Assembly: GCA_964542245.1 (NCBI GenBank)
Contig: CAZITU010000001.1
Location: forward strand, 22,627 to 86,626
Source: an uncultured Nitrospirales bacterium
GTDB taxonomy: Bacteria > Nitrospirota > Nitrospiria > Nitrospirales > NS-4
Direction: 5' to 3'
Length of the DNA: 64,000 nt
Both the position numbers and the translations under genes were made by a program. The notes under the pieces were generated by a model. It did no database searches. It was not told the origin of the DNA and saw only the letters and a list, made by a program, of their open reading frames with translations. Position 1 is the first letter of the stretch. Each line of letters opens with the position of its first letter. Of the stretch, positions 9,650 through 18,286 are shown one piece after another.

Positions 9650-9853
9650 ATGAGGCGCTTCACCATCACCGACATCACCGAAGGAACCGGCCAGCCCCAT
9701 CCGGCGTTCACCCGCGATGCGACCTATCCCGTCCTGGAAGTCGTCTGGCAAGGATCCGGCAATTTGCCCGGGCTTCTGGTCGCCGACGATCAAGGCCACT
9801 TCCATCTCATTCGGATGGATCACTGCCGCCTCGGCAAGATCGAGGCTTTCTGA
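9650..9853 (+). CDS. hypothetical protein (67 aa), first gene of the unknown operon
   Basis: ORF with a GAGGA SD. Only a 3-nt gap to the next ORF. C-terminal His/Cys cluster HFHLIRMDHC. No family recognised. Confidence 0.5.
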   Translation: MRRFTITDITEGTGQPHPAFTRDATYPVLEVVWQGSGNLPGLLVADDQGHFHLIRMDHCRLGKIEAF

Positions 9854-9856
9854 CCC

Positions 9857-10369
9857 ATGCTCCAGTCATCGCCGGAGGAGGTCGGGCGCGAGCTGTCCGA
9901 TCTGGCCTTCGGCATCGTCGAGCAGAACTGGCTGGAGCAGCACGTCGGCAAGGCCGTGGACCTCAAGGGGCTCACCCAGGACCAACTGAATGCCGCCGAA
10001 TGGGAGCTGACCTACCTCATCCTGTTTGCCATCACGAAGGGATGCGGGACCTTTTCCGGAACCGATCCGGATCGGACCACGGCCGTTCTCAAAGCTTTCC
10101 ACAACACGCTCCTGCAACACGTCGCGACCCAAGCGGGGCAGGAGATCGCAGACGGACACCAGAAAAACCTCCCGGCCCGCTACCGGCTTTACGCCGAGGC
10201 GATCAAGGGCGAAGACAAGAACGGTTCGTATAGACTGCTGGGGGAGGCGGCCGCCATCCAGATCCTGGGCCGGCCGATCGAGGACCCGCACATCGCCGAC
10301 AACTTCCGCGAGACCATCAAAGTGATCTTCGGGGAGGTGCGGGACACGGCGACGAAAGCAATGGCTTGA
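9857..10369 (+). CDS. hypothetical protein (170 aa), second gene of the unknown operon
   Basis: Codon bias is consistent with neighbours. Looks helical and soluble. No signal peptide, TM segment or catalytic motif recognised. Confidence 0.55.
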   Translation: MLQSSPEEVGRELSDLAFGIVEQNWLEQHVGKAVDLKGLTQDQLNAAEWELTYLILFAITKGCGTFSGTDPDRTTAVLKAFHNTLLQHVATQAGQEIADGHQKNLPARYRLYAEAIKGEDKNGSYRLLGEAAAIQILGRPIEDPHIADNFRETIKVIFGEVRDTATKAMA

Positions 10370-10384
10370 AGAAAGGGCAACGGC

Positions 10385-10810
10385 ATGGACTTTGACATCG
10401 GCTCCAATCAGTATCGAAACGCCACGAACAGCATCGAGATTGACGGGTTGGGACAATTCTCCTTCGAGTTCAACCGTCGCTACAATGAAACCGCGCTGCG
10501 GGGTCTCATCTTCGACCGAAGCGGCGGCCTGGCGGCCAAGATAGCAGACAGCAGCCTGGATCTAAACATCCGCGGCGAGTTCGAAACCTTGTCCGAGCCT
10601 TCAGTCATTAAGCTTGTCCGGCGCCAAACCCAAGAAGTGCTGCTGGAGGTCAAATTTCTGGACAAAGACCGCATCCAGATCCACAAGGCGAAGCTTTACA
10701 CCGGGAAGGGGCATCCCTTCGAGGTGACACCCACCTCCTGGAAGCTCGGAGAAAACTCCCACAGCGGGGAATACAAAGATTGCGCGGGGGGACCGGTTCA
10801 GTTGCAGTGA
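10385..10810 (+). CDS. hypothetical protein (141 aa), third gene of the unknown operon
   Basis: 15-nt gap from the previous ORF. Alternating hydrophobic patterns suggest a beta-rich fold. No family recognised. Confidence 0.55.
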   Translation: MDFDIGSNQYRNATNSIEIDGLGQFSFEFNRRYNETALRGLIFDRSGGLAAKIADSSLDLNIRGEFETLSEPSVIKLVRRQTQEVLLEVKFLDKDRIQIHKAKLYTGKGHPFEVTPTSWKLGENSHSGEYKDCAGGPVQLQ

Positions 10811-10813
10811 GGG

Positions 10814-11617
10814 TTATTTCGCGCTCTGCGCGCAGCGAAAGCCGATAAAGGCGTTGCGCGTCCCGGACGGAATCTTCGTGGTGCGACTCGCGGATAGGAG
10901 GTAGACCGGCAGATCGGACCAGGATCCCCCGCGGGCAATCTTGTACTGGCCGCGGATCGGCCCAGGGGGGTTCTGCTCGGGAGCGTCGCGATAGTACTCG
11001 CCATCGTACCAGTCCTGAACCCACTCCGACACGTTGCCGGCCAAGTCGAAGGCTCCATACGGCCCTTGTCCCATCGGATAGCTGCCGATGGGTTTCAGGA
11101 GATCATACGAAAACCGGGTTCCTAGACCGAACAAAGCAAGCGTCGGATGCGGCCGAGTATCTCCCCACGGATACTTCCGTTCGTTCGTGCCGCGCGCGGC
11201 TTTTTCCCACTCCGCCTCAGTCGGCAGTCGCCGGCCGCTGATCCGGCAATACGCGTCGGCATCGCCCCAATTGACCCCGACCACAGGGCGCGTCCCGTGG
11301 TCCGGAAGCTTGACCAGGTTCCAGTTGGCCGGTTTGTCCCAGCCTGTGAACTCCAGAAACTTGGCGTACTGCTCGGTTGTGACCTCAAACTTATCAATGT
11401 AGTAGGCGTCCAAAAAGACCTTATGACGCGGCTGCTCGTCGTCCAGTCCAACCCCCTCCGGGAGACCCATCCAGAAGTCCCCTGCCGGGACGAGCACCAT
11501 GGGCGTGCCGTCTTTGGCCGTAATCTCTTGAGGCAGGTCGCTGGAGGCTGCAGCGACGTAGGAAATTCCCGCCGACAGCAAAAGCGTTATCACCCATGCC
11601 TGGCTTCCAAACCGCAT
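10814..11617 (-). CDS. formylglycine-generating enzyme (SUMF1/FGE-sulfatase) family protein, secreted
   Basis: Signal peptide. Motifs HKVFLDAYYIDKFEVT, WGDADAYC...RLPTEAEWEKAARG, RGGSW and GFRC are typical of the FGE-sulfatase domain. Confidence 0.85.
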   Translation of the reverse strand: MRFGSQAWVITLLLSAGISYVAAASSDLPQEITAKDGTPMVLVPAGDFWMGLPEGVGLDDEQPRHKVFLDAYYIDKFEVTTEQYAKFLEFTGWDKPANWNLVKLPDHGTRPVVGVNWGDADAYCRISGRRLPTEAEWEKAARGTNERKYPWGDTRPHPTLALFGLGTRFSYDLLKPIGSYPMGQGPYGAFDLAGNVSEWVQDWYDGEYYRDAPEQNPPGPIRGQYKIARGGSWSDLPVYLLSASRTTKIPSGTRNAFIGFRCAQSAK

Positions 11618-11734
11618 ATATCCTTACTCCATTGTCGTGTTCAAGTGTACCATACACCCGCCTTGACTTCATGATCCCCCGCCCCTATAGTGACCGTACC
11701 GCATGTACGCACGCCCTGGATTTCCCGCCGACTG

Positions 11735-13693
11735 ATGTTGTTGCGGCCAGTATTACCTGCCCCTGACCGAGTCCGGCAACTTTTTATCGTCGCGATCGCA
11801 GCGATGGGCTTGCTGATCGGAACCGGCGGGAACGCCCTGTGGGGGCAACCAGCCCTCTCGAATAAGCCGGAGGAACAGGCCAAGGCTCAAATCGAGAAGG
11901 CGAAGAGGTTGATGCAGGCAGGCAAACCCGAGCCGGCCGTCGAGGCGCTCCAAAAGTTGATCGCCGCCTCCCCTGAAAGCGCGCATGTCCCCGAGGCCTA
12001 TCTGCTGCTCGGACAGGTCCTCTCCAGCCTGCACCTCCCGGAAGAGGCGAATTCATATTACCGGCGTCTCTTGGAAGAGTACCCGTCGTCGGAGTTTGCC
12101 CTGCCCGCGCGGCTGGCCTTATCCGTCGGACTTGTGTCAGCCGGTCAGCCGGACGCCGCCCTCCCCTTGTTGATCGAGGCCAAAGAACAGACATCGGACC
12201 CCGCCGGCAAACTGGTGATCCTGTACCAACTCGAAGAGGTGTACCTCGTCAAGCAGGACTATCCGCGGGCCATTGACTCCGCCATCGAGGCGCGCATGCT
12301 CTCAGCCGAGGACAACCGGCGCCAGGTCGAGGACCGCGTGAGAGACCTCATCAAAACCAAGATCGGCGAGCAGGACCTCCGCCGCATCGCGGACCGGTAC
12401 GCGCAGGCCTTCCCGGGGGACATGGCGTTGCTACGTTTGTTGGATTTGTATGCCTCCTCCGGCGAGGACCACAAAGTCACGCGGACGGCACGGGAGTTCC
12501 TGGCGCGATACCCCCGGCATGAGCAAACGGCAACGGTGACGGGCGCGCTGACCGCCCTGCGTAAGAAGCTCAAGGCCAAGAGCATGCTCATGGGAGCGCT
12601 GCTCCCGCTCTCCGGCTCGATGAGCCCGTACGGCAACGAAGTCCTGAACGGAATCAAGGTGGCCCTGGACCAGGCCGCCGAAGCCAACCCTCCCCTCGCC
12701 GTGGGTCTCGTCACGAAAGACACGGAGAGCGATGCCAAGCGATTGGCGCTCGAGCGCGACGACCTGCTGGAGGACTACCGACCGGTCGCCGTCATCGGTC
12801 CCTTGCTGAGCCGCGAAGTCAAGGCCGTCGCCGCCGCCGCCGACTCACACGAAGTGGTCTTCATCACGCCGACGGCGACCCTCACCGACGTCCAGCGCCT
12901 CAGCCGGCACCTCTTTAATGCCGCCGTCAACAACCGCGCCCTCGTGCGCGAACTGGCCGCATACGCCACCGGACCGCTGGGCTGGAATCGCTTCTGCGTG
13001 CTGGCCCCAGGAGACGCTTACGGCACCGAGATGACTCAGATCTTCGCCGAGGAGATCCGCCGACTCGGCGGAGAGATCATCGCGACCGACACTTACGGAG
13101 CCGAGGACAACGATTTCGGCCCCCCGATCAAACGAATCATGGCGGCGGACCTCAAGCGACACGGGAAACTCGAGCCCTCGACAAGGAAGGGCAAGGACAT
13201 CAAAGTCTATGTGCCGGGGTTCGATGCCATCTTCCTCCCCGGCGAGGCCGAAAAGGTCGGCCTGATCGCCGGGCAGGTGATGTTCTACGCAGCCAAGGTC
13301 GGCCTTCTCGGCACCAACAGCATGAATTCCACGGAACTGCTACGGATCGGCGCCCGAGCGGTCGAGGACGCCGTCTTCGCCGATAGTTTTTCCGTGGACA
13401 GTCCTGACCCCGCTGTGCGAAACTTTGTCGAGCGGTACGTGAAGCGGTTCCACGACCCTCCCACGGCGTTCGCGGCCCAGGCCTACGAGGCGACCCGGCT
13501 GGTGCTGGACGCCATTCGCAAGGGAGCCACCACAGGCCGGGCCCTGCGGGAGAGCCTGAAGGCCGCGAAGAACCTGCCCGGCCTCACCGGGCCGCTCACG
13601 ATGTCCCCCGCCGGACACCTGGAGCGGCGCTATGAGCTCATCCAGGTCAAGAACGGCAAGTTCGTGTCGGTGCAGGGTCGTTCCGGTGAATGA
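11735..13693 (+). CDS. TPR-like N-terminal domain plus type-1 periplasmic-binding-fold protein (LpoA-like / LivK-like)
   Basis: N-terminal signal/anchor and TPR-like helices. The C-terminal half has the Leu/Ile/Val-binding-protein fold pattern (GALLPLSG..., IGPLLS, FLPG). The start is uncertain (GTG 11690 or ATG 11735). Confidence 0.7.
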   Translation: MLLRPVLPAPDRVRQLFIVAIAAMGLLIGTGGNALWGQPALSNKPEEQAKAQIEKAKRLMQAGKPEPAVEALQKLIAASPESAHVPEAYLLLGQVLSSLHLPEEANSYYRRLLEEYPSSEFALPARLALSVGLVSAGQPDAALPLLIEAKEQTSDPAGKLVILYQLEEVYLVKQDYPRAIDSAIEARMLSAEDNRRQVEDRVRDLIKTKIGEQDLRRIADRYAQAFPGDMALLRLLDLYASSGEDHKVTRTAREFLARYPRHEQTATVTGALTALRKKLKAKSMLMGALLPLSGSMSPYGNEVLNGIKVALDQAAEANPPLAVGLVTKDTESDAKRLALERDDLLEDYRPVAVIGPLLSREVKAVAAAADSHEVVFITPTATLTDVQRLSRHLFNAAVNNRALVRELAAYATGPLGWNRFCVLAPGDAYGTEMTQIFAEEIRRLGGEIIATDTYGAEDNDFGPPIKRIMAADLKRHGKLEPSTRKGKDIKVYVPGFDAIFLPGEAEKVGLIAGQVMFYAAKVGLLGTNSMNSTELLRIGARAVEDAVFADSFSVDSPDPAVRNFVERYVKRFHDPPTAFAAQAYEATRLVLDAIRKGATTGRALRESLKAAKNLPGLTGPLTMSPAGHLERRYELIQVKNGKFVSVQGRSGE

Positions 13694-13699
13694 CGTACG

Positions 13700-14422
13700 A
13701 TGAACCAGATCGGCTACATTCTCCATACCATCTCGTACATGGCCTTGCCGCTGCTGCTGGCCATGGTCTTGCATGAGTACGCCCACGGCTGGGTGGCGAA
13801 CTACTACGGAGACTCCACGGCCAGGCTGGAGGGACGGCTGACGATGAACCCCCTCGCCCACATTGATCCCTTCGGCACCGTGGTCCTACCGTTGCTGTGC
13901 CTGGTCTTTCCCACCGGGGTTCTCATCGGGTACGCGAAGCCCGTCCCGGTCAACGCCTGGAATCTCCGCAACCCGCGCCGGGACATGGCGCTCGTGGCCG
14001 CCGCGGGCCCCGGCATGAACCTCGCGCTGGCCATCGCGAGCGCGCTGGGACTGAGCATGATCCTCGCCCTCGACCCGACCGTCGCCGATTCCATCTCCGC
14101 GCGCGGCACCCTGGCCCCCCGGCACGACCTTGAGGGCATGATCCTCGTGCCGTTGGCGTGGATGAGCATGTATTCGGTCATGATCAACGTGGTTCTGATG
14201 GTGTTTAACCTCATTCCCATCCCGCCGTTGGACGGAGGCCGGATCCTGGTCAACATCTTGCCCCCCCGACAGGCCGAGACGCTCAGTCGCTTAGAGCCTT
14301 ACGGGATGCTGATCATCTTTTTCCTGGTCATCGCCGACCCGCAAATACACGTGTTCCGAACGATCATGGGGCCTTTGGTGAACACGCTGACGGCGACGAT
14401 CATTTCCACCTTCGCCTCGTAA
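13700..14422 (+). CDS. site-2 protease family (M50) zinc metalloprotease
   Basis: HEYAHG zinc motif within a TM helix. NLIPIPPLDGGR motif. Multiple TM segments. Confidence 0.85.
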   Translation: MNQIGYILHTISYMALPLLLAMVLHEYAHGWVANYYGDSTARLEGRLTMNPLAHIDPFGTVVLPLLCLVFPTGVLIGYAKPVPVNAWNLRNPRRDMALVAAAGPGMNLALAIASALGLSMILALDPTVADSISARGTLAPRHDLEGMILVPLAWMSMYSVMINVVLMVFNLIPIPPLDGGRILVNILPPRQAETLSRLEPYGMLIIFFLVIADPQIHVFRTIMGPLVNTLTATIISTFAS

Positions 14423-14438
14423 CGCGCGCGGACACTCG

Positions 14439-15419
14439 ATGGCCAAACGCGTCCTCAGCGGCATGCAGCCCAGCGGCCCGATGCACCTGGGAAACCTCCT
14501 AGGGGCGCTCGAGAACTTCCGGCGCCTCCAAGCCGACCACGAATGCTTCTATTTCATCGCCGACTGGCACGCCCTCTCCACCAACTACGAGGACACCTCC
14601 CGCATCCGGGAATACGTCCGCGAAATGCTCGTGGATTGGCTCGCCTCCGGGCTCGACCCCGAGCGGTCCACCCTTTTCATCCAATCGCGGGTCCCGGAGC
14701 ACGCGGTCCTGCACCTGTTGCTCTCCATGATCACGCCGGTGCCCTGGCTGGAGCGGAACCCGACGTACAAGGAGAAGCGGGAGAACATCGAGGGCCGAGA
14801 CCTGTCAACCTATGGCTTTCTCGGCTACCCCGTCCTCCAGGCCGCGGATATCTTGTTGTACAAGGGTGACCTGGTGCCCGTGGGTGTGGACCAGCTCCCT
14901 CACCTCGAACTGACACGGGAGATCACCCGCCGGTTCAACTCCCTCTACAAGCCGATCTTCCCTGAACCGCAGGCCCTGCTCACGGAAATCCCCAAAGTGC
15001 CCGGCACGGACGGCCGGAAGATGAGCAAGAGCTACAACAACACGATCAACCTTTCGGACTCCGAAGCCCAGGTCCGGGCCAAGCTCAAAACGATGGTCAC
15101 CGACCCCGCACGCGTGCGGCGGACCGATAAAGGGAATCCGGATGTCTGCCCGGTCTTCACCCTGCACAAGTCCATCTCGGCCCAGGCCGTCATCACTCAG
15201 GTCAACCAGGAATGCCGGTCGGCCGCGATCGGGTGCATTGATTGCAAGAAGCTCGTGGCTGACGCCTTGGTGGGTCATCTCACTCCGATCTGGGAGAAAC
15301 GCCGCGAGCTGGTGCAGCAGCCGAAACGAGTGGACGACATCATCGAAGCGGGCACCCAACGGGCGCTCACCGTCGCCTCCCGGACCATGGCCGAAGTCAC
15401 CGACGCGCTCCGGCTCTGA
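14439..15419 (+). CDS. trpS: tryptophan--tRNA ligase
   Basis: Class I aaRS motifs: GxxPSGxxHLGN (HIGH variant) and KMSKS. Length and overall pattern are those of TrpRS. Confidence 0.95.
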   Translation: MAKRVLSGMQPSGPMHLGNLLGALENFRRLQADHECFYFIADWHALSTNYEDTSRIREYVREMLVDWLASGLDPERSTLFIQSRVPEHAVLHLLLSMITPVPWLERNPTYKEKRENIEGRDLSTYGFLGYPVLQAADILLYKGDLVPVGVDQLPHLELTREITRRFNSLYKPIFPEPQALLTEIPKVPGTDGRKMSKSYNNTINLSDSEAQVRAKLKTMVTDPARVRRTDKGNPDVCPVFTLHKSISAQAVITQVNQECRSAAIGCIDCKKLVADALVGHLTPIWEKRRELVQQPKRVDDIIEAGTQRALTVASRTMAEVTDALRL

Positions 15420-15501
15420 CCTTCATTCCTGTTTCGCTCCCATCCCGTTCGCCCTGAGCTTGTCGAAGGGTCTCCAACAGACCCTCTCCCCTTCTTCAAC
15501 C

Positions 15502-15609
15502 TTCCGGCGCATCAAGGTGTCTCCTAAGGAGGTCAGTACCACGATGCTCTACACCCACGTCTTGAACAGGGGTGGCAAAGGCGTGCGAAGTCCCGTCTAT
15601 TCGCTGTGA
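15502..15609 (+). pseudogene. C-terminal remnant of a tyrosine recombinase (integron-integrase-like tail)
   Basis: Translates to ...VSTTMLYTHVLNRGGKGVRSPVYSL*. This matches the extreme C-terminus (catalytic Tyr box, xxTTMIYTHVLxxGGxGVxSPLD) of IntI/Xer-type recombinases. No upstream recombinase body is present. Confidence 0.5.
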
Positions 15610-15828
15610 ATCCGCGGAAGGGCCGGGGGACTTATACGGAACCATATATGACACGTGCCGGAATGAGCCCAGATGGTGGAACTACTGGAAATAACATCCC
15701 TTCTCGGCTACCATACCGGGAGAACCGTAGGGGGCTTATGCTGCGGGAGGGAAAAACTGGGGTTTTACACGGAACCAGATAATCCATAGTTGGGCGTATC
15801 TATCGTGATCCGTAGAGTATTTTTCGGC

Positions 15829-16893
15829 ATGCCCATCTGGAGCCTTGCCGTGCCGGTGGCAGCCTGCGCCGTGCTCGCCGCAGTTTGGGGGCGTCCGCTG
15901 GACTGGATTCTTGTCCCCTTCGTCGCTGCCGCGCTGGTCGCGGCCGTACTCGTCGCCGTGCACCACGCCGAAGTCGTCGCGTTGCGTGTCGGCGAACCTT
16001 TCGGCACGCTGATTCTGGCCTTGGCGGTCACCGTCATCGAGGTGTCGCTGATCCTCTCGTTGATGACTTCCGGCGGCGCAGCGACCAGCGCGCTGGCCCG
16101 GGATACGGTGTTCGCAACCGTGATGATCATCTGCAACGGTGTCGCGGGCCTGTGCCTGCTGCTGGGGGCCTTGCGGCATCGCGTGCTCGCCTTCCGGGTC
16201 GAGGGCGTCAACCCCGCGCTCTCGGTGCTTGCCACGCTCGTGACTTTGACGCTGGTGCTACCCTCCTACACAACCTCCACGCCCGGGCCAACGTTCTCAC
16301 CCACGCAACTTGCCTTTGCTGGTGTGGTCTCGCTAACGCTCTACGCGGTTTTCGTCTTCGTGCAGACTGTGCGCCATCGGGACTACTTTCTGCCCGTCGG
16401 GGTGGAGTCCGAGGATGCGCACGCGACCCCGCCCCCGGTTCCCGTGGCGCTGATGAGCCTTGCGCTTCTGTTTTTCTCTCTTGTGGCGGTCGTTGGCATG
16501 GCCAAGACACTTGCGCCAAGCATCGAGGCCGCTGTCACGGCGGCATCGGCGCCGCACGCCGTCGTCGGCATCGTCATCGCGCTCCTGGTCCTGCTGCCCG
16601 AAACCTGGGCGGCCGTGCGGGCGGCCCTTCGCAATCGCATGCAGACCAGCTTCAATCTCGCGCTGGGCTCCGCGCTCGCCACCATCGGCCTGACCATACC
16701 GGCTGTGGCGGTCACTTCCATTGTTCTGCGGCTGCCGCTGGAGCTCGGCCTGCCCCCCAAGGAGACCACGCTGCTGGCTCTGACCCTGCTGATTTCGGCG
16801 ATAACCCTTGCCAGGGGGCGTGCCACGGTGCTTCAGGGAGCCGTGCACCTGGTTTTGTTCGCCGTGTTTCTGTTCCTTGCCATCGTGCCGTGA
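15829..16893 (+). CDS. chaA: calcium:proton antiporter (CaCA/ChaA family)
   Basis: About 11 TM helices. GEPFGTLILALAVTVIEVSLI alpha-repeat region and a second repeat ALGSALATIGLTIP. Length is about that of ChaA. Start at ATG 15829 or TTG 15790. Confidence 0.75.
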   Translation: MPIWSLAVPVAACAVLAAVWGRPLDWILVPFVAAALVAAVLVAVHHAEVVALRVGEPFGTLILALAVTVIEVSLILSLMTSGGAATSALARDTVFATVMIICNGVAGLCLLLGALRHRVLAFRVEGVNPALSVLATLVTLTLVLPSYTTSTPGPTFSPTQLAFAGVVSLTLYAVFVFVQTVRHRDYFLPVGVESEDAHATPPPVPVALMSLALLFFSLVAVVGMAKTLAPSIEAAVTAASAPHAVVGIVIALLVLLPETWAAVRAALRNRMQTSFNLALGSALATIGLTIPAVAVTSIVLRLPLELGLPPKETTLLALTLLISAITLARGRATVLQGAVHLVLFAVFLFLAIVP

Positions 16894-17046
16894 CATATGG
16901 AGAGCAGGCGAGCAGCACAAGTCAACTCTGGCCGGCATTGGCGAGATCCGCCCAACAAGTGGTTCCAGTGGACGGTCCTCGCCCTGCGGGCTCGGCCCGC
17001 CGCTGAGCGCCGGCGTCAGGCCCTGCCGCCGTTGGCTAGCCTTACA

Positions 17047-17065
17047 ATAGCATATTTGCTATAAT
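17047..17065 (+). promoter_or_regulatory. inverted repeat overlapping a TATAAT box upstream of the higBA-like operon (operator candidate)
   Basis: ATAGCA-tatt-TGCTAT (17047-17062) overlaps TATAAT (17060-17065), 5 nt before the GTG start at 17070. Confidence 0.35.
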
Positions 17066-17069
17066 CACA

Positions 17070-17408
17070 GTGGTGAACTGGCGGGTCACGTTCTACAGCG
17101 CAGCGTTCCAGAACGAGTTGCTTCATCTGCCTGCCGGTTTCGTGGCGCGCTTTCTTCGGTATGCCGAACGAATGGAACTGTACGGCCCCGACCTCGGTAT
17201 GCCGCACACCCGGGCCATGGGTGACGGCCTGTTCGAACTCAGGCTCAAGGCGGCGGAAGGTCTAGCGCGAGTGTTCTACTGCACACTCGTCGGACGAAGG
17301 ATCGTCATGCTGCACCAGTTCATCAAGAAGTCTGAGAAGACCCCACAGAAAGAACTCGAGATCGCGCGAAAGCGCATGAAAGAGGTGAAAGATGCGGAAC
17401 AGCCTTAA
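17070..17408 (+). CDS. type II toxin, HigB / Gp49 (RelE superfamily)-like
   Basis: The pattern LGDGLFELRLK...RVFYC...VMLHQFIKKSEKTPQKELEIARKR is typical of phage Gp49/HigB-type killer proteins. It precedes and overlaps an XRE antitoxin. Confidence 0.75.
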   Translation: MVNWRVTFYSAAFQNELLHLPAGFVARFLRYAERMELYGPDLGMPHTRAMGDGLFELRLKAAEGLARVFYCTLVGRRIVMLHQFIKKSEKTPQKELEIARKRMKEVKDAEQP

Positions 17409-17742
17409 AGACTTCAAAGCCCGGGCGCTTGCGCGCGCGGACGTGCGGCGCGAGTACGATGCGCTTGCTGAGGAATTCGAGCTTCTGGACGAAATCCTGA
17501 AGGCCCGAGCCGCAGCCGGACTTACCCAGGCCGAGGTGGCAGCCCGGATCGGTACGACTCAATCCGCTGTGGCGCGGCTCGAGTCCGCTATCGGGAAGCC
17601 GTCACCTTCTATCGCGACACTCAAGCGGTACGCGTCGGCCCTGGGGTACCGTTTGCAGGTACGGCTTATCAAAGATCAGGGTCATCAGGGCCTAACCACT
17701 CGCTCAACACGGACGCGCGCAAAAACGGCGCGCGCCGGTTAG
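17392..17742 (+). CDS. type II antitoxin, XRE-family HTH (HigA-like)
   Basis: HTH motif LTQAEVAARIGTTQSAVARLES. 17-nt overlap with the upstream toxin gene. Confidence 0.8.
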   Translation: MRNSLKDFKARALARADVRREYDALAEEFELLDEILKARAAAGLTQAEVAARIGTTQSAVARLESAIGKPSPSIATLKRYASALGYRLQVRLIKDQGHQGLTTRSTRTRAKTARAG

Positions 17743-17885
17743 CGTGGCGTCAGCCTGACATCCTCCCGTTTCTTGTCTTTGGCGCGCTCTTTGAGCAAGG
17801 CCTTGGTGGCGGAGGTCTTGCTTTTGAGCATGCCGCAGAGGGTTTTGATGTTTGGCTTGGTCGCAATAGGTTGCTGTTTGGACAT
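17739..17885 (-). CDS. small ORF (48 aa), not in the supplied track; possible orphan antitoxin-tail fragment
   Basis: I translated this ORF by hand: MSKQQPIATKPNIKTLCGMLKSKTSATKALLKERAKDKKREDVRLTPR. The ATG lies 12 nt downstream of the vapC stop. The GxLK...ALLKER..K.RE pattern resembles C-termini of PIN-associated antitoxins. Confidence 0.25.
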   Translation of the reverse strand: MSKQQPIATKPNIKTLCGMLKSKTSATKALLKERAKDKKREDVRLTPR

Positions 17886-17896
17886 GGGGTAGCTCC

Positions 17897-18286
17897 TTAC
17901 CACACCTCGACCGGCAGGTTCTCGATCTCTTGAAAGTGCTGATCCCGAGATACGACCGTCAAGCCGTGTTGCTGCGCCAGGGCCGCGATCCAGATATCGT
18001 TCTCCGGCAGTGGTTTTCCTTTGTCTCGCAAGTTCTTCTTGATCCGGCCGTAGTGGATCGCGGTAACTGCATCGCAGGCCAGTACAGCGCTGGCTTTCGC
18101 CAGTTCGTCAATTCGGCGAATATTCTCGTCGGCATGCGCTGACTTGTAAGCCCCGAAGTAAAGCTCGCCTAACACGATGCTAGACAGGAACACGTGGTCG
18201 GATTCAGAGAGGCGGGCTTGAATTGATTCTTCCTGGGCAAACAGACCGATGACTATATTCGTGTCAAGGAGGAAACTACCACTCAC
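17897..18286 (-). CDS. vapC: type II toxin VapC (PIN domain ribonuclease)
   Basis: LLDTNIVI N-terminal acidic motif, conserved E/D positions (GELYFG, DIWIAALA, SRDQHF). Overlaps the upstream antitoxin gene by 11 nt. Confidence 0.85.
   Translation of the reverse strand: MSGSFLLDTNIVIGLFAQEESIQARLSESDHVFLSSIVLGELYFGAYKSAHADENIRRIDELAKASAVLACDAVTAIHYGRIKKNLRDKGKPLPENDIWIAALAQQHGLTVVSRDQHFQEIENLPVEVW

Noticed and set aside
15634-15781. Direct repeat ACGGAACCAnATA occurring twice about 130 nt apart in the trpS-chaA spacer
   Set aside because: Only a 9-nt exact core. A chance match of this length within a ~180-nt region is not negligible, and no flanking structure (inverted repeats, target duplication) supports a mobile-element end.
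15736-16235. Minus-strand ORFs of 147 and 156 aa opposite the antiporter gene
   Set aside because: They are antisense to a gene with clear multi-TM CaCA architecture. The translations are low-complexity (Ala/Thr/Ser/Arg-rich) with no start context.
16942-17040. Possible attC recombination site (GCCCAAC ... GTTGGCT about 90 nt apart) between chaA and higB
   Set aside because: The putative R' core deviates from GTTRRRY, and I could not find convincing L'/L'' pairing by eye. The region is generally GC-rich and self-complementary. It is kept only as a hypothesis to test with attC models.
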